Source of the DNA: Paraspadella gotoi | Taxonomy: Eukaryota > Animalia > Chaetognatha | Reading direction: 5' to 3' | DNA: 17,189 nucleotides | NCBI GenBank assembly: GCA_051294375.1 | Contig: JBJCIZ010000835.1 | Span: forward strand, 1 to 17,189 | Shown: positions 10,773 through 17,189 of the stretch, piece by piece | How the letters are laid out: the number at the start of each line of letters is the position of its first letter | Numbering within the stretch: position 1 is the stretch's first letter | Position numbers and translations under genes: made by a program | The notes under the pieces: model-generated | Told to the model about the DNA's origin: nothing | The model's database searches: none | The model's input: the letters and a program-made list of their open reading frames with translations, nothing else

Positions 10773-10858
10773 CTTTATTTCCACTTTCCAGAAATCACTC
10801 TTCGATTTTCGAAAGAACTTTATTTTCACTGTTCTTAGAAATCACTTTTTCGATTTTC
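10773..10858 (+). repeat. Imperfect two-copy tandem repeat (about 45 bp period) in 3' UTR
   Basis: ctttatttccactttccagaaatcactcttcgattttc (10773-10810) versus ctttattttcactgttcttagaaatcactttttcgattttc (10818-10858). Confidence 0.8.
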
Positions 10859-11222
10859 CTTTTACTAAAAACATTTTTCCATTTTACCTATCGAAATTAT
10901 TTTACAAACTGTATATATGTAATAACCAAATTTACTACCTGATTCACATTTCAATTCCGTTTAATTATCGACATATTATCGTTCAGATTTCAATTCGTCA
11001 TTTAGTTGAAATCTTTTTAAATTCACAAACAAAATTTTCTTTTAAAACAATCATTTTCCCCTTTTTCAATCGTTTAGAAGAAACTGATATATGTATAACA
11101 TTTATATTTTTTTATTTTTTTTTTTTTTCTCTCTGTCAACGTTTTTAAAAACTGTTAAAATAATTTGAAATTTAGGACAAAAGCCACGTCCAAAAATTAT
11201 TTTTCCCCGCTTTTTTTATCTT

Positions 11223-11231
11223 GGGGGCGTT
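11223..11231 (+). promoter_or_regulatory. Short G-rich polypurine-tract-like site of element B
   Basis: tctt-GGGGG-cgtt immediately precedes TGTTAG. Element C has a similar tct-GGGGG-a before TGTGG on the minus strand. Confidence 0.55.
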
Positions 11232-11740
11232 TGTTAGATACTATCCCCTGGCACATTAAATTAATTATCTGATTTTATTTATGTATTTATCGGCCAATAT
11301 ATCATATTTATTTATTTATTATTATTAATAACAAGTACACAATATCAATTCTTTATAGTTTTCAACTACATTCGATTCGAATCCATTATAATTATTTAAA
11401 GTAATTATAAATAACTGTTTCACATCGCCAGGATTCGATACCACGCGTACACTTAGTCCGGCCATTATCAGTAATCCTCTTTTAACCGCTTGCCACTAAA
11501 ACCATTTGATAAAAGATGATTCGATCATCCTTTTAGAATGAATCAGGCAGTTGAAATAATTGCCCTTTGTTTTATATCAATCATCAAACCCCAAGCGGCA
11601 TCGTTATATAATCAACCAAGTTGGATCCATCTGGTGATGGATTATGCATTGACTGTTTACTTAGAGTTGATTCGGTTATGTATTTCACTTTCTTATGCTC
11701 TCAGCCTTCGTTGCCAGTGTGATTCGCTTTGTTACCTACA
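11232..11740 (+). repeat. 3' LTR of element B (about 509 bp)
   Basis: The right end is fixed by identity to 5330-5369, the copy followed by the PBS. The left end is inferred from the G-tract plus TGTTAGATA, an imperfect inverted match to terminal TACCTACA. Confidence 0.75.
11421..11504 (-). other. tRNA-like (Ser/Leu-type spacing) A-box/B-box segment within LTR B, antisense to the element
   Basis: Minus strand reads tagTGGCAAGCGGTTAA...cgcgtGGTaTCGAATCCtggcg, resembling tRNA GTGGCCGAGCGGTTAA and GCGTGGGTTCGAATCC. No convincing cloverleaf is visible. Confidence 0.55.
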
Positions 11741-11892
11741 GGGTAGTTAGGGTTATGGGTTTAGGTTAGGGGTTTTAGGTTTAGGGGTTAGGGTTAGGGT
11801 TAGTGTTTAGGTTTTAGGTTAGGTTAGGTTTAGGGTTTAGGTTTAGGTTTAGGGTTAGGGTTAGGTTAGGTTAGGGTATAGGTAGGCGGTTA

Positions 11893-11929
<37 letters not shown>
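11741..11929 (+). repeat. Degenerate telomeric repeat tract (TTAGGG)n with TTAGG/TTTAGGG variants, about 190 bp
   Basis: Directly visible, e.g. ttagggttagggtttagggttagggttagggttag. The G-rich strand is +, and the tract is internal to the window. Confidence 0.95.
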
Positions 11930-11932
<3 letters not shown>

Positions 11933-12802
11933 TGTTTAGTATGGCGGGAAAACAAACTCACTTTGACGCCCATTTAAGTCGAAGGTCTTTGAGACGAGCG
12001 CGGTGTGTTGCGGGCGGGGTTTCAAGAGATCGTAGAGTCGGATTTTGAAGGGTGATAAGAACGGGCGAGACTCTGGGAGAAGCTTTCGTTGTAAGTGGTG
12101 GTAGAGATTGGCGCACGTGACGCCTAAGTAATTGGCGTTCGAAGTTTTCGAGAGGAGTTTTATTTTGTGAATTGTCTTCAGACTTAGGAATAAAATGTCT
12201 TTAACCAACTTGTTGGTTATTTTAGTAAAAGTATGACTTATAAATTTCAAAGTTAATATTCATCTGCTTTTCATCGAAGCAATATTGAGCACTATATGCA
12301 CAAAATACAATGCAATGCAATATTCTGTTTCAAATAATAATAAAAGGAATAAACGACATGTCAATTGTTGAGACTACTCTAAAGTTATAATTATGCACAG
12401 TTTTCTATTTATTTGTTTATGATATGGGAGATTGAAAGTAAATGGATTATAACTATAACAATGTTTGAAAGCTGATTGAATGAATTTCTAATCAGATTGA
12501 TCTTTTGTTTAGTAAAAAGGGTAACAAGAGTAAAGAGTTAAAAACGTTTTTTTAAAGTAAATATAATCTTTTAACGAGGTAAATTTAACCTCAGGTGGTG
12601 GCGACGCTGGTAAAGCAATGATATGATAACATCTGGTCCGAGTTCGAGCGCGTTGTCCGTCATGTTTTTATTTATTTTATAATTAAATTAATTAAATCTA
12701 TTCAAAGTAAACTAATCGAAATGTTTCTAGTAAGAATATGTGAACAGTTATGGCAGATAACTGTTCTCATCAACGTGGAGGTATAACGGGTCTGAATCCA
12801 CA
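11930..12802 (-). repeat. Putative 3' LTR of element C (about 870 bp)
   Basis: Minus strand: tctGGGGGa then TGTGG at 12802, ending ...ctaaacAACA at 11930 next to the telomeric repeats. AATAAA signals are present on the minus strand. No second LTR copy is available in the window, so the boundaries are inferred. Confidence 0.55.
12591..12669 (+). other. tRNA-like A-box/B-box segment with T5 run within putative LTR C, antisense to the element
   Basis: gGTGGCGACGCTGGTAAAGCA (cf. tRNA GTGGCGCAGCTGGTAGAGCA), then GGTCCGAGTTCGAGC (B-box-like) at tRNA-like spacing, followed by TTTTT at 12665-12669. Confidence 0.55.
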
Positions 12803-13361
12803 TCCCCCAGATCGAACATCACGGTTTGCGGAAGACGTTGGTTTATCAAGGTTAGCATATTTGATTTCGGAATATTTTTAAATTACTACATAGTACATAT
12901 ATACATAAAAGGAAAATAAAGTTTTGAATTGAAGGTAATACTTAAGTCAATAGGTGACGGAGTTACTTCGTGTTAATTTGGTTTTCGAAGCGGATTTATT
13001 GTTTGTTATTGAGAAGTTCGATGGCTGGGGACTGTGAGAAACGTTTCGAATGGTCGGCGTGGCCTTGCGAGATTCTTTTCCGTTGGCCGCCGGCGGCCAG
13101 AAGGTGGCGCTGGAGACGTTGGAGGAGCGCCGCAAGGTTATATGATTAGGTGCCGTGGCCGCGTCTGTGTGGGCGTTGTCTTTTCTTATTAGCGGGCGTG
13201 CTGGAGAGAAACGGAAAGTGGGCGTGGCTTCGGGTGACGGCGCTGGGGCGTCGTCGGCGTTGAGATTTCCATTCGAGGCATTTCTGACGACGTCGCGTTC
13301 GTCGTGTCTGTCGCTCGTCGTCGTCAGTTGAATCCTCTCTTATCGCAGTTTTGATTTTGAT

Positions 13362-15617
13362 TCATGATAGGGCTTTGTTCCGAAGTGATGGCGAGGTTGC
13401 TGATCGCGTTTGTCGAGACGTCGGTTGAGGCTGACGCGTTCGAACGCCTGGGCGACGGCCCGGAGGAGGCGGCGACGGTGGTGGGGAAGGCTGAGAGGCT
13501 CTTTCTTCGCCTTCTTCGTCACGCCACAGTATCGCTGGCTTTATTCTGGAGATGGAAATTAGTTCGACGCCGCGTCCGGGTATTTCGACTTTGAAATTCA
13601 AATTATCACGGGAGATTACGCGATAGGGCCCGTGATAAGGTGCCGTTAACGGAGGGTTTACCCCTGCGCGCTGGACGAAAACATGGGTGGCGTCGCTGAG
13701 CGTTTCTGGCAAGTAGAGTCGAGGCACTCGATGCGTCGACGTTTCGGTGGGCTGGAGGCGTTCGACCTCGACTCGGAGATTGTCGCGGAGGATTCGACGC
13801 TGATCCTGGAGATGGCTGTCGTCGATCGGAGGTGGAAGGGCGTCTCCTGGGACGGCGAGTCCTTCTCCGAAGACCATTTCCGCTGGAGATGCTCCGATGT
13901 CGGGTTTAATAGTTGTGCGAATCGCCAGGAGCGCTGAGGGCAACCTCCAGAACCATTGGTGGGGCTCGGTGTCGCCGAGGGCCATCAGCGCCTCTTTTAG
14001 GCGACGGTGGAAGCGCTCCACCAATCCATTCGCTTGCGGGTGATACGCTGTCGTTTGGTGGTGCTTGATGCCCCATGTCTGCGTAAGCTGTGTCCATATT
14101 GTTGTCGAAAATTGGGCGCCCCTGTCGGTCGTGATTGCCGCCGGGATTCCGAATTGAGAGATCCACCCGTGAGCTATGGCGTCGACTACTGATGTCGTTG
14201 ACATGTCTTTCATCGGGATGGCGGCGGGCCATCTCGAGAATCTGTCTACTACAGTGAGTAATGAATTATATCCGTTGGACACGGGCATAATCGTTATGTC
14301 CACGTTGAGGTGCTGGAACCGCTTCGCTGGGACTGCAAATTCTCCGATGTTGGGGGTCACGTGACGAGTGACCTTTGCACGTTGACATGGGAGGCACTCT
14401 CTCGCCCATCTGGTGGCGTCCGCCTTCAACGATGGCCAAACGAATTTTGAAGCGATTGTTTCTCGAGTTCTTGCTACTCCGGGATGGCCCAGGCCATGGA
14501 TAGCGTCGAAGATTTTTTTACGCCAAGACTCGGGGACAAACGGACGTGCAGGACCATTGGAAACGTCGACGAAAAGTTCTTGGTTCCCAACGGTGACCTT
14601 TCGAAACTGGAGGCCGGTCCTGGCGTCGTTGGCAAGGCGCTGGAAGTCCCGATCAAGCGTTTGGTGGCGCGCCATTTCTTCGAGATCGATTCCCTCTTGT
14701 CCTATGGCGTTTATGGTCGCGTGAAGGTCTTGCGTTTTCTCCTGAGGCAAAGGTCGGTCGACGGCGGCGATTGGCGCCGGATTCGGTCTCGAGAGGGCGT
14801 CGGCGACCACGTTTGCTTTGCCACGGATATGACGAATATCCGTGGTGAATTCGGATATCACCGACAGCTGGAAATTGTGTCGAGTCGTTTGAGGCTCGGC
14901 TCGTTTATGTAGCGCATGGATTAATGACTGATGATCCGTATATAGCGTGAAGGATCTTCCTTCAAGCCAATGCCGGAAGTGGCGCACCGCTCTGAAGGCG
15001 CCATATAATTCTCGATCGAACGGTGGCCAACGTCGTTGAGATTCGTCCAATTTGGCGGAGAAGAATGCCAGGGGTTCCCACCCCTGGGGCCCTCTCTGCT
15101 CAAGAACGGCGCCGACGGCGATGTCGGATGCATCGGTGGTTAGCGCCAACTGCGCGTTAGTCTGTGGGTGTCGGAGGAGGGCTGCATTCGCCAAGGCCTC
15201 CTTGACGGCCTCGAAAGATTCTGCACATTTAGTAGACCAGTTTAATTGCTTTGGTTTGCCCGCTAAGATGTCGTATAAGGCGCCGCGCATGTGGAGCGGT
15301 GTCTTGCGAAATAAATCATGGCGGATAGAGATTATTCGTTACCATCGCCTAAGAAGCGGTATGGCGATTTCTTTTTCACCGTTGTTGATGGAGTTGTAGT
15401 GGCGCGGAATAGCTTCCGGATTTTGGGGGATAGGTTTAGAACTCCAGTCGCGTGCGCACTAAGGTATCCCAAAGAACTCGAGGGGATGTATTTGAGCCCA
15501 GAAGTGCACTGTGCTTTCTATTGACGACTAAGCCATTGTCAGCGAGAGAATCGAAAACTGCCTTGAGGTCTCTGAGATGTTCCTCTTGGTCGGCGCTTGC
15601 GACGAGAATATCGTCCA
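13362..15617 (-). CDS. pol: Pol of element C: RT C-terminus (frameshifted about 15290-15520), RNase H and integrase (intact 642-aa ORF 13362-15290)
   Basis: DDILVASADQEEHLRDL beside the gap; TTDASDIAVGAVLEQ, FTLYTDHQSL, NVVADALSR, IHGLGHPG..CLPC, TDRGAQF, NGLVERFHRRL, APYHGPYRV. Confidence 0.93.
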
Positions 15618-15717
15618 NNNNNNNNNNNNNNNNNNNNNNNNNNNNNNNNNNNNNNNNNNNNNNNNNNNNNNNNNNNNNNNNNNNNNNNNNNNNNNNNNNN
15701 NNNNNNNNNNNNNNNNN
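15618..15717. other. 100-N assembly gap (other N runs: 5512-5521, 7095-7104, 7284-7293, 16237-16520)
   Basis: Runs of N in the sequence. Exactly 100 N is a common convention for gaps of unknown size. Confidence 0.97.
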
Positions 15718-17189
15718 ATCTCGAGGAGATGGCGCGCCACCAAACGCTCGATCGGGACTTCCAGCGCCTCGCTAACGACGCCAGGACCGGCCTCCAGTTT
15801 CGAAAGGTCACCGTTGGGAACCAAGAACTTTTCGTCGACGTTTCCAATGGCCCCGCACGTCCGTTTGTCCCCGAGTCTTGGCGTAAAAAAATCTTCGACG
15901 CTATCCATGGCCTGGGCCATCCCGGAGTAGCAAGAACTCGAGAAACAATCGCTTCGAAATTCGTTTGGCCATCGTTGAAGGCGGACGCCACCCGATGGGC
16001 GAGGGAGTGCCTCCCATGTCAACGTGCGAAGGTTACTCGTCACGTGACCCCCAACATCGGAGAATTTGCAGTCCCAGCGAAGCGGTTCCAGCACCTCAAC
16101 GTGGACATAACGATCATGCCCATGTCCAACGGATACAGTTCATTACTCACCGTGGTAGACCGATTTTCGAGATGGCCCGCTGCCATCCCGATGAAGGACA
16201 TGTCAACGACATCAGTAGTCGACGCCATAGCTCACGNNNNNNNNNNNNNNNNNNNNNNNNNNNNNNNNNNNNNNNNNNNNNNNNNNNNNNNNNNNNNNNN
16301 NNNNNNNNNNNNNNNNNNNNNNNNNNNNNNNNNNNNNNNNNNNNNNNNNNNNNNNNNNNNNNNNNNNNNNNNNNNNNNNNNNNNNNNNNNNNNNNNNNNN
16401 NNNNNNNNNNNNNNNNNNNNNNNNNNNNNNNNNNNNNNNNNNNNNNNNNNNNNNNNNNNNNNNNNNNNNNNNNNNNNNNNNNNNNNNNNNNNNNNNNNNN
16501 NNNNNNNNNNNNNNNNNNNNAAACTACAGCTTACCACCCGCAAGCGAATGGATTAGTGGAGCGTTTCCACCGTCGCCTAAAAGAGGCGCTGGTGGCACTC
16601 GGCGACAGCGAGCCCCATCAATGGTTCTGGAGGTTGCCCTCAGCGCTCCTGGCGATTCGTACAACTATTAAACCCGACATCGGAGCATCTCCGGCGGAAA
16701 TGGTCTTCGGAGAAGGACTCGCCGTCCCAGGAGACGTCCTGCCTCCTCCAATCGACGACAACCATCTCCAGGATCAGCGTCGAATCCTCCGCGACAATCT
16801 CCGAATCGAAGTCGAACGCCTCCAACCCACGGAAACGTCGACGCATAGAGTGCCTCGAGTTTACTTGCCAGAAACGCTCAGCGACGCCACCCACGTATTC
16901 GTCCAGCGCGCGGGAGTAAATCCCCCACTAACAGCACCCTACCACGGGCCTTATCGCGTGATCTCCCGCGACAATTTAAATTTCAAAGTCGAAATACCTG
17001 GACGCGGCGTCGAACTAATTTCCATCTCCAGAATAAAGCCAGCGATACTGTGGCGCGACGAAGAAGGCGAAGAAAGAGCCTCTCAGCCTTCCCCGCCACC
17101 GTCGCCGCCTCCTCCGGGCCGACGCCCAGGCGTTCGAACGCGTCAGCCCCAACCGACGTCTCGACAAACGCGATCAGCAACTCGCCAAC
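15718..17189 (+). CDS. pol: Element D: partial pol (integrase) of a sister copy of element C, split by an N gap and running off the window
   Basis: LEEMARHQTLDRDF...VVDAIAH (to 16236). After the gap, the open frame from 16523 reads TTAYHPQANGLVERFHRRL...GPYRV...PSPPPSPPPPGRRPG and is nearly identical to C in inverted orientation. Confidence 0.92.

Larger units (their letters stand above)
5330..11740 (+). mobile_element. Element B: near full-length Ty3/Gypsy LTR retrotransposon, CsRn1/Kabuki-like clade (5' LTR truncated)
   Basis: LTR end, PBS, gag with C-X2-H-X9-C-X3-C, pol in PR-RT-RNaseH-IN order, G-rich PPT-like tract, and a 3' LTR whose last ~40 bp repeat 5330-5369. Confidence 0.93.
11930..15617 (-). 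mobile_element. Element C: 3' half of a second-subfamily Ty3/Gypsy element (RT end, RNase H, IN, 3' UTR, putative 3' LTR)
   Basis: Minus-strand pol is clearly homologous to, but diverged from, B. It is cut by an N gap at 15618, and its 3' non-coding sequence runs up to the telomeric tract. Confidence 0.88.

Noticed and set aside
10410-11148. ORFs of 142 and 164 aa after pol as a possible env or accessory gene
   Set aside because: The F/I/K-rich composition reflects T-rich UTR and a tandem repeat. There is no signal peptide, furin site or clear TM layout, and no counterpart in C.
11741-11929. Repeat tract as a CRISPR array or other prokaryotic feature
   Set aside because: Simple 5-7-bp tandem units with no spacers, in a wholly eukaryotic retroelement context.
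11936-12250. 104-aa minus-strand ORF in the putative LTR of C
   Set aside because: Non-ATG start and no recognisable motif; most likely chance.
11421-12669. Calling the two tRNA-like segments functional tRNA genes
   Set aside because: Acceptor and anticodon stems could not be paired convincingly, so they are reported only as tRNA-like or Pol III box modules.
13364-15399. Numerous antisense and alternate-frame ORFs over pol (also 6436-6846, 9386-9811, 9991-10455)
   Set aside because: Expected shadows of GC-rich coding sequence. Their recurrence in C and D just reflects copy identity.
16237-16520. 284-N gap is longer than the roughly 110 nt missing relative to C, suggesting a possible insertion in the integrase core
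   Set aside because: Gap sizes are scaffolding estimates and no sequence supports an insertion.
15452-16556. ORFs that span N gaps (15452-15775, 15528-16094, 15539-15991, 15577-15930, 15597-16556, 16232-16543)
   Set aside because: Artefacts of translating through Ns. Only the integrase portion of 15597-16556 is real.

Overview
Eukaryotic, probably metazoan, DNA made almost entirely of Ty3/Gypsy LTR retrotransposons. They look like the CsRn1/Kabuki clade: CHCC Gag knuckle, tRNA-Trp-like PBS, PR-RT-RH-IN order. Layout: (A) about 1-5329, an indel-riddled, circularly permuted copy of element B that resembles unpolished long-read sequence. (B) 5330-11740 (+), a near-complete element with a 5' LTR remnant, PBS, gag, -1 frameshift signal, pol and an approximately 509-bp 3' LTR. 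A degenerate (TTAGGG)n tract follows at 11741-11929. (C) about 11930-15617 (-), the 3' half of an element from a second subfamily. (D) 15718-17189 (+), an integrase fragment of a sister copy of C. Main observation: two distinct LTR-element subfamilies end tail-to-tail directly on a telomeric-repeat tract. Both carry an antisense tRNA-like (Pol III A/B box) segment in the LTR, and both share a conserved Pro/Arg-rich integrase C-terminal motif where a chromodomain would otherwise sit. This suggests, but does not prove, a telomere-repeat-associated LTR retrotransposon lineage. Assembly quality is poor (N gaps, indel noise), which limits certainty.
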